Below, piece by piece: positions 39,627-48,691 of a stretch of 64,000 nucleotides of DNA (the stretch's first letter is position 1; each line of letters opens with the position of its first letter). The notes under the pieces were generated by a model. That model worked only from the letters and a program-made list of their open reading frames with translations, was not told where the DNA came from and did not search any database. The position numbers were made by a program, and so were the translations under genes. The stretch comes from Candidatus Thorarchaeota archaeon (GTDB taxonomy: Archaea; Asgardarchaeota; Thorarchaeia; Thorarchaeales; Thorarchaeaceae), in NCBI GenBank assembly GCA_046482545.1, contig JAWOEX010000032.1, positions 160,001 through 224,000 of the forward strand. Direction: 5' to 3'.

Positions 39627-41399
39627 CTACTCTACAGAGAATGCAGTAATTCGATACTGCTCTCCAACGATATTGATGGTCGCTACAAAGGAGTCACCCA
39701 CATCGGCATTGAGCAAAGCATACCACGAGTCCAGGTCCATCCAGTCTTTCGTCCCCTCTATCCATGCATATGTCGAATTGCTTGTACCGAGTACAATATG
39801 TGTATCGCCATCTTGGACGTATTCTGTCTTGTTCACCACAGAGGCTGTCAAGTTGAATATCCCTAGTGATTCTTCTTCGACGGATCCTCCCATGACCTCG
39901 ATATAGCCTTCCCTTGCCGCTCTAACTAATCCTTCTCCTATTGTTGACCCCCCTGAGTGATGAAGGTATGACTTGGTTTCTTCCGCCGCATCAACCAACG
40001 CCAATGCCTGGAGTCTGATATCAGAAATCTCCCATTCGTCATCATCATAATATCCATCCGCCCAGTAGATTGGGCAATACCAAGCATATCGGGTTTCAGT
40101 TTCATTGATTTCAACCGGATATATCAGAGGCATGGCACCGAAATAATTCCCTGATGATACCTCCGGCAGGCTTTTGATGATTTCATTAACCGCTGCTACT
40201 CCGCTTATGAAACTCTCTTCACGCAAATCGTGCAGAACGATTCCATCAGATGTTGCTCTGAATACACCACTCAAAGTAAGATCAGAGGCACTCGGTGGAT
40301 TTACCGCTACAAAGCCTTCTACTCTACTCGTAGAAGGGTTGACTATATAGCGTGTATCTTCTGTCATTTCCAGCCTATCATTTGACGGTGGTATAGTCCA
40401 GAGGAATCCACCTGCAAACAAATCAAAACCCTCTCCTCGTCTGTAACCTCCCCATCTACCTATCTGTCTCTCAAGCCACTCTTCACTATAAGCTTGGGTG
40501 ATCCAGTCGGGGGTTTCTTCAACCGATGGGTAAGAGACTACTGTACCATTTTCAAAGTAGAGCTTGGGACCCAAGGGTCGTTCCACGAAGTCCCATCCGA
40601 GTACTGTTCTTGTCTGAATGTACACAAGATCACCGTTCGGCGACCACGTTGGATAGGAGTATTCGAAAGCCTGTGTCATATCGTTAAGATAGTTACCGAA
40701 TCGAATAGCCTTGTCCCAGAACAATCCCTCTCCCACAGGAAGGGTGACATCAGTAATAACTTCAACTTCGGATGGGTTGTTGGCATCAACCACTATAAGT
40801 GCCTTAATCTGGTTCTCGGCCAAGACATTCGTAGGAACAACCACGCATACCCATACCAAACGCCCGTCTTTAGTCGTGATATGGGATGCTGAGATCTCAA
40901 CCTCTGAACCAATTGTAGCTAGATATTGACTTGCCACAAATCTTGCATATTGGCTTGTCACAAGGCGGACCATGTTATCTGGTATGGGGTCTGAAAACAG
41001 GGGCTCGTCAGTCTCGACAATCAACTCATTGAAGGATTTCGCGTTGGACACATCTGAAGTCCATGAGATGGCTCCAGCAAATGCTGGAGTGACCATGAGA
41101 AAGATGAATGAAGCACAGATGATGGGAGACCTACCCTGTTCAATCATGTACTTGATGTTTTGAGGGCGGAGACCGCTGGAAACCAAGAAGAGAAGGCTAA
41201 TACTTGGAATAAGAAACAGCACTGCCCAAGGTAAGATAAGTTGCAGGAATAAAGTGGCTATTATCCACGCAAAGAAGCCCCATATAACCCGGAGCGGGAG
41301 CCATCGTATTAGCATACGGAATTGGAACATCTGTCTGCTAAGTGATAGCGGAATTGCATGGACGATTATTGAAATCAGCAAAAAGACCATAATGTTCAT
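39627..41399 (-). CDS. Membrane protein with large extracellular domain
   Basis: 3-4 N-terminal TMs followed by a soluble domain. Confidence 0.75.
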   Translation of the reverse strand: MNIMVFLLISIIVHAIPLSLSRQMFQFRMLIRWLPLRVIWGFFAWIIATLFLQLILPWAVLFLIPSISLLFLVSSGLRPQNIKYMIEQGRSPIICASFIFLMVTPAFAGAISWTSDVSNAKSFNELIVETDEPLFSDPIPDNMVRLVTSQYARFVASQYLATIGSEVEISASHITTKDGRLVWVCVVVPTNVLAENQIKALIVVDANNPSEVEVITDVTLPVGEGLFWDKAIRFGNYLNDMTQAFEYSYPTWSPNGDLVYIQTRTVLGWDFVERPLGPKLYFENGTVVSYPSVEETPDWITQAYSEEWLERQIGRWGGYRRGEGFDLFAGGFLWTIPPSNDRLEMTEDTRYIVNPSTSRVEGFVAVNPPSASDLTLSGVFRATSDGIVLHDLREESFISGVAAVNEIIKSLPEVSSGNYFGAMPLIYPVEINETETRYAWYCPIYWADGYYDDDEWEISDIRLQALALVDAAEETKSYLHHSGGSTIGEGLVRAAREGYIEVMGGSVEEESLGIFNLTASVVNKTEYVQDGDTHIVLGTSNSTYAWIEGTKDWMDLDSWYALLNADVGDSFVATINIVGEQYRITAFSVE

Positions 41400-41490
41400 G
41401 AAAGTGTCGCCTCAGTGACGCTCTTTTCCTGAGATAGCAATATATCTGCTTATAGTATTTTCTTGGCAAGTTAACACTGATACTCAGAAT

Positions 41491-41835
41491 TCAGTAGTTG
41501 CCAAGCCATCCCAAATCATTGTCCCTATCATCCAAAAGATTGACCAAGGTATCGATTCTTTTCCCGTCTACGTACCGGTTCTTGCATCGAATTGTAAATG
41601 CTCTCTCACATTTCTTGCATTTGACAAGCCAATCTTCTACCACTATCTCAATATTGCTGCCAGTGATATCTTCTGGCTCCTTGCTCACTTCTAGCAATTC
41701 GAGTTCGTCTCCATTACAGGCATAGGTGCATTCTTTGAGCGGGATAGCTTCCATACCCCGACGACCTAACGGTACGAATACTTCATCAGGAAGCTCATCT
41801 AGAGAGCGATCTTCTTCACCCATATGTACAACCAC
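41491..41835 (-). CDS. Small Cys-motif (possible Zn-binding) protein
   Basis: CTYAC and CKKC motifs. Confidence 0.65.
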   Translation of the reverse strand: MVVHMGEEDRSLDELPDEVFVPLGRRGMEAIPLKECTYACNGDELELLEVSKEPEDITGSNIEIVVEDWLVKCKKCERAFTIRCKNRYVDGKRIDTLVNLLDDRDNDLGWLGNY

Positions 41836-41887
41836 TTGCGGTAATTCACCAGTACGGATAAATGAACTGGTCGGTACTCACTGATAC

Positions 41888-42805
41888 ATGCGACTCATGA
41901 GTTACTCCCTTAATGGTGTGTCTTCTATAGGACTGGAATTAAATGCGGGCATTCTCAATTTACCTGAAATCGCTTCCAGATTTGGCAGAGAGTATCAGCT
42001 TACCGAAAAAGGCTTCCCGCGTGATATGATGAAACTTCTTCAGTCGGAATCCGGAATAGATATGGCTGACGAACTAGAGAAGAAATACAATGAACTCTCT
42101 GAAGACGAGAAACTCAATCTGATTTCTCGAGACCACATCAATTACGAGGCTCCGATTCATCGACCAGGAAAGATTGTTGCCCTTGGTCTCAACTACAAGG
42201 ATCATATTCGGGAGACAGGAAGGCAGGTTCCAGACTTCCCGGTAATATTCGCCAAATTTCCGTCTAGTGTTGTGAATCCGAACGAGGAGATTCCTATACC
42301 TCAAGTGACAGATCAGCTGGATTGGGAGGTTGAGCTGGGGGTAATAATTGGTAAGAACTGCAAAAATGTGACCGAAGATAATGCATTGGACTATGTTGCT
42401 GGATATACGATAATCAACGATCTTAGTGCACGCGACCTACAGCATGATGACGGACAATGGGTTCGCGGAAAATCCTTGGATGGTCTCTGTCCGATGGGGC
42501 CATGCATTGTCACAGTGGATGAACTTGGTTCAGCTGATGACCTTAAGATGTATACCAAGGTCAATGGTGTGACTAAGCAAGATTCAACAACTGGTAACTT
42601 ATTATTTGGAGTTCAAGAGATTGTATCATACTTATCGAAATCCTTCACTCTTGAGCCCGGAGATGTAATTGCCACCGGAACACCTTCCGGCGTGGGCTTC
42701 GCAAGGGACCCGCCTGAATTCCTAAATCCAGGAGATGAAATGGAGCTCTACATCGAAGGCATTGGCACACTCACAAACAAGATAGTTGAGAAGGAAGAGA
42801 CGTGA
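41888..42805 (+). CDS. Fumarylacetoacetate hydrolase family protein
   Basis: GLNYKDH, DWEVELG, NDLSARD, GKSLD, PGDVIATGTPSGVG. Confidence 0.95.
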   Translation: MRLMSYSLNGVSSIGLELNAGILNLPEIASRFGREYQLTEKGFPRDMMKLLQSESGIDMADELEKKYNELSEDEKLNLISRDHINYEAPIHRPGKIVALGLNYKDHIRETGRQVPDFPVIFAKFPSSVVNPNEEIPIPQVTDQLDWEVELGVIIGKNCKNVTEDNALDYVAGYTIINDLSARDLQHDDGQWVRGKSLDGLCPMGPCIVTVDELGSADDLKMYTKVNGVTKQDSTTGNLLFGVQEIVSYLSKSFTLEPGDVIATGTPSGVGFARDPPEFLNPGDEMELYIEGIGTLTNKIVEKEET

Positions 42806-42878
42806 GAATTCAGCTGCAGTAGATGATGAACTACAGGGTGCCACTGCTCTCTACTCTCATTGTTTCGAGAATAGGCAA

Positions 42879-42933
42879 GTTTTACAAAAATCCTAAAAAG
42901 TCAGAGTGGAAAAGTGTAAAATATCTGCAAAAC
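42879..42933 (+). repeat. Solo left-end module of the non-coding element (copy 1)
   Basis: GTTTTACA-N39-TGCAAAAC containing AATCCTAAA and AAAGTGTAAAATAT, as at 43972 and 50922. Confidence 0.85.
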
Positions 42934-42951
42934 ACTACATTGACACGCCCA

Positions 42952-43004
42952 AGAACGCGAATTAGTGGCCAAGACATTTCTTGGTCACTTCGTTCTCCTT
43001 TTTT
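42952..43004 (+). terminator. Long hairpin followed by T-tract (terminator or small RNA)
   Basis: AGTGGCCAAGA/TCTTGGTCACT 11-bp stem (one G:U), outer AGAACG/CGTTCT stem, then T6. Confidence 0.55.
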
Positions 43005-43467
43005 CTAATTCAGCCAGAACTTGAAATGAGTATGTATCTTGCAGGATTAGTTTTCCAAATCCTTATCACGTTTGTAACGCATATGATGAAGCATGGATAC
43101 TGCTGATCGAGACACAAGCTTCGACGATGTTCTAGCTGAGGCTGCGAAAACAGGAACGAGACTGCGGTTTTACAGTCACAGTATGGCCATACTTGCCAAA
43201 GGTCTTGTTGCATTCATTGGCAAGAATAGGAATAAAACATAAAGAAAAGGGACCCCCATTTGAGTTTCTGCGCAAGGATTGCATAGTCAAAATCCAAATG
43301 CTAGGTGAGCAAGAAGTCATTTGCTGAAAGCCGTACGGTTGAATCGACTAACGCGAAACAAGAAGATATTCCTGCGCTTCAACTCCTATCCATTGACGCT
43401 ATTCCTATTCCTACATTCTTATGTATTGCAAAAATACCAAATGCACTATCGCACCCTCGGTGACATT

Positions 43468-43896
43468 ATGGATATGACCATTCTCAGAGAACTGCTTGAT
43501 AAGCTGCATATTGGAATCGTGCTTGTGGGTAATGATGATAAGATTCTCGCTTTCAACAAGATGGCAGGAGAGATGCTACAGCAAGATCCTGAGGATAGAA
43601 TTGGAACCTCTATCTTCAGATGTCATGGTGAACCCTCAGAAGAACCAGTAAGAAAGATGCTAAATGATATGAGAAATGGGAGGATGGAAAGCTATGAGGG
43701 GTGGGTCAATTTCCAAGGAAGAATACTGTTTGAGTACATTTATCCACTACCGGGTCCGGATGGTGAATGTCATCTCGTTGTCGAAGAACTCCACGATGCT
43801 GCGGAAAAAGTGGAGTATCTCAAGAGCATAGGAGAATGGGAATTAATTCATGTATCAGGAGTAGGCGAAAAAGCCCCTAGGCCCCCAGAAAGATGA
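43468..43896 (+). CDS. Stand-alone PAS-domain protein
   Basis: LLDKLHIGIVLV...ILAFNKMA...IGTSIFRCH; start placed at ATG 43468 after GGTGA RBS. Confidence 0.8.
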   Translation: MDMTILRELLDKLHIGIVLVGNDDKILAFNKMAGEMLQQDPEDRIGTSIFRCHGEPSEEPVRKMLNDMRNGRMESYEGWVNFQGRILFEYIYPLPGPDGECHLVVEELHDAAEKVEYLKSIGEWELIHVSGVGEKAPRPPER

Positions 43897-43971
43897 ATTT
43901 TTTTCCAAGAATCATAAGAAAGGATGTTGAACTGTCATTGACAATTCTAGCAATCAATTCAAGAGCTTTGT

Positions 43972-44530
43972 AAATCTTACAAAATCCTAAATGAATCAGC
44001 ACAGTAAAGTGTAAAATATCTGCAAGATGTCCTGTATGCCTTCTTATGACCAAAGATGAGGGAAGTTAATTAGGCCGAGTACGGGAGTCCGGTCTAGTAG
44101 GACTAGGGCAGTGGGCCACTCCCCCTGGGGAGAAGCGCCCAGCCCCGAAGGCTGTGAGGAAGACCCCGTCTTCTAAGCAGAAGTCCTTACTCTCCGAACG
44201 AGGGGCCCCATCAGGCCCTGGAGAGTCCGCGGCTGTTCACCTCGTCTGTAATGGACCTCCTCAGCGGTGGTGACAATGTTGAGGTCGGTGATCATGACCA
44301 CGCCGTGGCAAAAACTGTGGAAGGACTCGCTGTCGCCGGAGTGATGACCCGGGATGACGACAGGAGACGGAAGCCAGGATCGCGGGAGGAATCCTATTCC
44401 GGTGAACGCGGACAAAGCCCCTGCTGACTCAAGGGCCCATTGGGTAGCCTTGGGGGTGGTGACGCTGGCAGGGGAAGGGTGGAACACAGAAGTTTCACGC
44501 AGTTGCTACAACTGTAAGAAACAGGTTATC
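43972..44530 (+). ncRNA. Longest copy (copy 2) of a GC-rich structured non-coding element; ncRNA and/or non-autonomous mobile element
   Basis: Homologous to 50922-51203 and 49540-49774; many nested stems, GNRA loops; no conserved ORF. Confidence 0.65.
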
Positions 44531-46824
44531 GAGAATAATACCTTGACCCTATCATCCTTCTCGAAGCGTTTCCGTATGCTACCGACATTCGGCGAGTGTT
44601 GGTTATGGGTATAGATTTCGCCGTTAACGGAGGTCTCTTGAATACTCCACTCCTCGCTGAAGTAGAAGTAGATCCCCTCTGCATGATTCGTGGCTTTAGA
44701 AACCACTAAAGTCAGCTCATTTGAGTCAGCGTCCCACTTCTCGCTTTGAATATCACAGGCTCCTTGAGTGAAGTGCATGCTAGTCGCCAATAGAGACGGT
44801 CTATCTTGTGCTGGCTTTATGCTGTATAGTCTACAGGTATGCGGCTTGAGACTGGACACGCTGATTTTGTCTTCGACTTCTTCGACGTATTTCTCGTCCC
44901 AGAAACCGAATACATGGTGGGAGACTCCTTCTTCAAGGCCAAGATCTGTAAGATACACCTCAAGGTCAATAGGCTCCTCGCCAAGATTGAACAGCCCTAC
45001 AACAACCCACTCGCTGGTTTTGTTTTTAACAGGAAGAAAGAAAATATTGGGTTCTGGTTTAATCAGAGTATCCGGGGATAGGGCTCCCTCTGGATACACT
45101 GGAAGCAGCTTGTCTACAAGTCGAAGCCTCTCTTCGGAGACTTCCATCATCCGGTCGCTTAGAAGGAATGCCCCTCCACTAAGGGCAACAATTGATGCCC
45201 AGAGTCGTACCTCTTCAAGAGAGAGTTCGTTGTCTTCTTGCCGAACTAGCAAGCAGTCAGGATCGTTTATCCACCACCTATTGTGCAAAGGCGCCCTCGT
45301 TATGGTATTCACAGCGCATTCGTACACCCCGCCACCCCAATCAAGTCTCCAAGATGTGGCAATGTCTGTTCCAATTCGCATCGCATTTGTGATTCCAATG
45401 CACGGTCCCAGAGGGGCACCGCATCCGAGGATTAGAGAGTCTCCAACACTTTCGCGCACAGCTTCAATTCCGTTTCGGAAAGCTTGAGCACGTGTAACTG
45501 TTTCATCAAATCTTTTTGCTTCTTCTGTGGCATGATAGAGGAAATCAATCTTGAAGTACTCAAATCCTAAGGATTTCAGATGTTTGAACAATGATTTGAT
45601 ATGCTTGATTACGGCTGGATTTGAAAGGTCCAGCGCGTAATAGCTCCCAAGCCATAGCGGATTGTCATCGATTACTTTTGGCTCACCTTTCTTGGACGCA
45701 AGAAACCAGTCTGGATGCTGTTTGAAAAGGTCAGAATGCTCTGTAGCAATGAATGGTGCTGTCCAAATGCCTGCTTTGAAGCCTTTCTTCTCAATTTCTT
45801 CCTTCAGATAGTCCAAGCCATTTGGAAACCTATCGTTTGGTTGCCAATCTCCCACTGTTTTCTGGTACCCGTCATCAATTTGAATCCACTTTACGTAATC
45901 CGGGAATCTTTCTTTCAGGAATTGTGTGTTTTCCAGAATCTCCCCCTCTTCTGGCATGGTGTAATAGAAATACCATGAACACCATCCTACGGGTATTTCA
46001 TCGCACAAGACGGCATTCATCCGTCTAGCTGCAAGATCAGCATATTCCTGAAGGGATGCCAAGCCATCGGCTTTGATGATGACGACCAGTTCCTCTGAGA
46101 CAACCGCCTCGTCTGGAATCAATAGTGTACTATCGAGCTCACATGTTGCTGCCAGTCTCTCCAGCTGCTGTCTTCCGGCGTCAAATGAGATATTTGTCAG
46201 TTGTCTATCCATTGTACAGAATCCGATAAGGATGTTCGATTTATCGCTCCGATTTGTGAGAACGGAGTAGAAGTGACTGATATTCGACCCTTCTTGTAGT
46301 GGCTGAGCTCGGCTGAGCTCCCAAGAATGAAAACCATTTTGGAAGTATCTTAAATCTAACAAATCCACCCCTGTCAGGATTGTAGAAGATGTCCATAAGG
46401 GTGAAATCGAATCGAGTTCTAAATGCTTGCCAGATTTGTTGATTAGCTGCACCGTGAATGTAAATCCGCTTAGGCCATTAGATGCAATTACTTTGAAGCG
46501 CACCTCGTGTGACTGGACTGGATCCTGAAGAGAAAGAATGAGTACCCTATCTGCTTGACTCTGATTCTTTATGGTAAGTGTATCCATAGAGACGTATTTG
46601 AGTTGAGAGGAATTGATTATTCTCCCTTTCGTTGATATTTGAAATTGACCTTCTCGTAGATATTCTTCTCCCATGGGATTAAGAAGACTGAATGAACCGT
46701 TCTCTATATCCCATTCGAAAGCCATGTGTTGAGTACTTAGAGAAACCTTATGCTCAGATAAATCGACGCTGCTCCACTTCTCAGGGTCCAAGTGCTCTAC
46801 TCCTTCAAACTGTGTTGAATACAC
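44506..46824 (-). CDS. Alpha-galactosidase (GH36-like)
   Basis: GWCSWY, QIDDGYQ, RFPNGL, FKIDF, MRIGTD, NDPDC. Confidence 0.9.
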   Translation of the reverse strand: MYSTQFEGVEHLDPEKWSSVDLSEHKVSLSTQHMAFEWDIENGSFSLLNPMGEEYLREGQFQISTKGRIINSSQLKYVSMDTLTIKNQSQADRVLILSLQDPVQSHEVRFKVIASNGLSGFTFTVQLINKSGKHLELDSISPLWTSSTILTGVDLLDLRYFQNGFHSWELSRAQPLQEGSNISHFYSVLTNRSDKSNILIGFCTMDRQLTNISFDAGRQQLERLAATCELDSTLLIPDEAVVSEELVVIIKADGLASLQEYADLAARRMNAVLCDEIPVGWCSWYFYYTMPEEGEILENTQFLKERFPDYVKWIQIDDGYQKTVGDWQPNDRFPNGLDYLKEEIEKKGFKAGIWTAPFIATEHSDLFKQHPDWFLASKKGEPKVIDDNPLWLGSYYALDLSNPAVIKHIKSLFKHLKSLGFEYFKIDFLYHATEEAKRFDETVTRAQAFRNGIEAVRESVGDSLILGCGAPLGPCIGITNAMRIGTDIATSWRLDWGGGVYECAVNTITRAPLHNRWWINDPDCLLVRQEDNELSLEEVRLWASIVALSGGAFLLSDRMMEVSEERLRLVDKLLPVYPEGALSPDTLIKPEPNIFFLPVKNKTSEWVVVGLFNLGEEPIDLEVYLTDLGLEEGVSHHVFGFWDEKYVEEVEDKISVSSLKPHTCRLYSIKPAQDRPSLLATSMHFTQGACDIQSEKWDADSNELTLVVSKATNHAEGIYFYFSEEWSIQETSVNGEIYTHNQHSPNVGSIRKRFEKDDRVKVLFSITCFLQL

Positions 46825-46857
46825 TCCCTGATATGCTTTGCTTGAGAGTACTGATTA

Positions 46858-47430
46858 CTAGTCAGCGTATTTGTCACTCTCTATCTGTGCGGCCTTGTTC
46901 CTTGCTTTTTCTGCTTCATCATATTCGAAGAGCCGCTTGTGTGCTAGGGCTAGTAGCTCCCAGACTTCTTTGTCGTCAGGTTTCATATCTAAATAATGCT
47001 GACAGTACTCCTTTACCTTTTCCCAGTTATCCTTCCTTTCGTAGCACCGGGCTCCATAGTAAAGGGCTCTCTTGTGGTCCATACCCGGTTCAAGAAGGTC
47101 ATTCAATTCCTGCAGAGCCTCATCCCACTCCTCCCTTTCATAATGAACCATTGCCTTATCGAACTGAATCTCCATCTCCTGATATTGCGGCATTCTCCTG
47201 AATAGTGTAGTGATCATCCCAGATGTCACACAGCACACCAGTACTGTAGCTACTGTAACACTGACTCCCAGCAGGATTCCGGCATTGGGCAGTATGTCCC
47301 CTAGAAATCCTTGACCTACGAGCCACGCCAGCGTGATACCACCAATGAAAATCCCTGCAGCCACTAACAAAGAATAGCGTGTCCAGTTCTGATCCAGAAA
47401 CCCTTCATTGCTGTTTTCCAAATTGCACAC
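46858..47430 (-). CDS. Membrane-anchored TPR protein
   Basis: Two TMs followed by TPR-like helices. Confidence 0.75.
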   Translation of the reverse strand: MCNLENSNEGFLDQNWTRYSLLVAAGIFIGGITLAWLVGQGFLGDILPNAGILLGVSVTVATVLVCCVTSGMITTLFRRMPQYQEMEIQFDKAMVHYEREEWDEALQELNDLLEPGMDHKRALYYGARCYERKDNWEKVKEYCQHYLDMKPDDKEVWELLALAHKRLFEYDEAEKARNKAAQIESDKYAD

Positions 47431-47485
47431 CTACCGGAATTCCACTCCCGCTGTTAATATAGTTTTGAACTGAGTGTATCGTTTT

Positions 47486-48145
47486 CTAGTCATTTTCATT
47501 AATGCTGTTATCAGGATTGTTGAGGAGATCTGAATCCTTCTTTTCTTGTTCATATTTCTCATGGTCCTGTTCGGCTTTTAGCCTGTCTTTAGCGACGGCA
47601 AGCCACTGATTGACATGTGAAGAAAGTGATGGGTCTAGCTCCAAGGCCATTTCAGCATAAGCGATTGCGTGCTCATTCTCACGTTCAATGAAATGGGCAT
47701 TGGCCTTGTTATAGAGTGCTTCAGCATAGTTAGGCCGAAGAGCAACAGCCTTGGTATATGCTTCAATTGCTTTCTGCCCCTCAGTCAATCTTGAGTAAGT
47801 ATTGCCTAGGTTATTCCAGGCTTCGGCATCTTCTGTATCCAACTCCAAGGCCTTTTCATAGCATTCCTTGGCCTTCTTGAAATCACCGAGCTCATATAGC
47901 ACGTTTCCCTTGTTAAACCAGATTTCAAACACCTGATTGTCAATTGCAAGAGCTTCATCATAGGCTTCCTCTGCTTCATCAAGCTTACCTGCTCTCGCAA
48001 GGGCAATACCTAGGTTGTACCAGCCCTCTAAGGAATCTGGATGCTTTCCAACCAGCTCTTTCAAAAAATCAATCGCTTTCTTGTATACGCCTGAATTGAT
48101 GAGTCTGATAGCCTCTGCTATTGAATCCGCTACTTCTTCACTCAT
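47486..48145 (-). CDS. Tetratricopeptide repeat protein
   Basis: WYNLG, WFNKG, WNNLG, LYNKA repeats. Confidence 0.93.
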   Translation of the reverse strand: MSEEVADSIAEAIRLINSGVYKKAIDFLKELVGKHPDSLEGWYNLGIALARAGKLDEAEEAYDEALAIDNQVFEIWFNKGNVLYELGDFKKAKECYEKALELDTEDAEAWNNLGNTYSRLTEGQKAIEAYTKAVALRPNYAEALYNKANAHFIERENEHAIAYAEMALELDPSLSSHVNQWLAVAKDRLKAEQDHEKYEQEKKDSDLLNNPDNSINEND

Positions 48146-48195
48146 GCAGTATCACATCTGCTTCAATCAGTTAAAGCCTGTGCTTTGAATTCCTT

Positions 48196-48624
48196 TCACT
48201 CGGGACTGCTGGTTGTTTGACGTCCGATAATGCTTAGTATGATGCCAATCCAGCCAATTGACTGTGCAATCAATAGAAGAAAATCAACGAGAATGCCCAA
48301 CCCAGAGAAGTAGACTGTCTTGCCCAATTCGATAATGAGTCCTATCAATCCCAATCCGGCTGCAATGCCAATGATGAACTTGCCTGTACCAACTCTTGCT
48401 GTCGTAAGAAGATAGCTGCCAATGATTACTCCGATACCGCCAAGACCAGCTATGAAGGTTAACACAAAAAGGAGGATATCCACGACCCATACTATATTCT
48501 GCAATTCTGGTATGGTATGGAGTTCTTCCAGCATACCGAAGTAACCTATGCTACCGGTAGCACTTGTGATGATAAGCAACAATCCACCAAGAAGACATAG
48601 AACAAATGATTTCTTGTTTTCCAT
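48196..48624 (-). CDS. Four-TM membrane protein
   Basis: Gly-rich hydrophobic helices. Confidence 0.75.
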   Translation of the reverse strand: MENKKSFVLCLLGGLLLIITSATGSIGYFGMLEELHTIPELQNIVWVVDILLFVLTFIAGLGGIGVIIGSYLLTTARVGTGKFIIGIAAGLGLIGLIIELGKTVYFSGLGILVDFLLLIAQSIGWIGIILSIIGRQTTSSPE

Positions 48625-48691
48625 GAGAATACCTTATCTATATTCCATTAAACGGCCCTTTATGTATTCCCCTTCTCTACCGAGCAGAATG

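Noticed and set aside
43093-43245. ~50-codon ORF (MDTADRDTSF...) in the spacer after copy 1
   Set aside because: Short, no RBS or motif; cannot be supported
44173-44487. ORFs starting MFHPS (44173-44487, 49587-49769, 50927-51160)
   Set aside because: Shadows of the repeat; indels between copies break the frame after ~13 codons
44156-44530. RNase P RNA resemblance (hairpin then GAGGAAGACCCCGTC; 3' AGAAACRGGTTATC; GAAGCCAGG)
   Set aside because: The universal bulged U is missing, P4 is mismatched in this copy, no P1 partner is conserved after the 3' end, CCGTCTTC pairs better with 44363-70, and the sequence is multicopy and fragmented. A cmsearch with RNase P models would settle it.
44072-44530. 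Group I or group II intron
   Set aside because: No GUGYG start or domain V with AGC/CGC triad. GGACTA/AGTCC only loosely mimic P7 and there is too little upstream sequence for P3-P6.
44480-44530. Integron attC site (stop codon in TAAC followed by a hairpin on the minus strand)
   Set aside because: Spacer geometry is wrong, GTT is not followed by RRRY, there is no cassette array and no integrase
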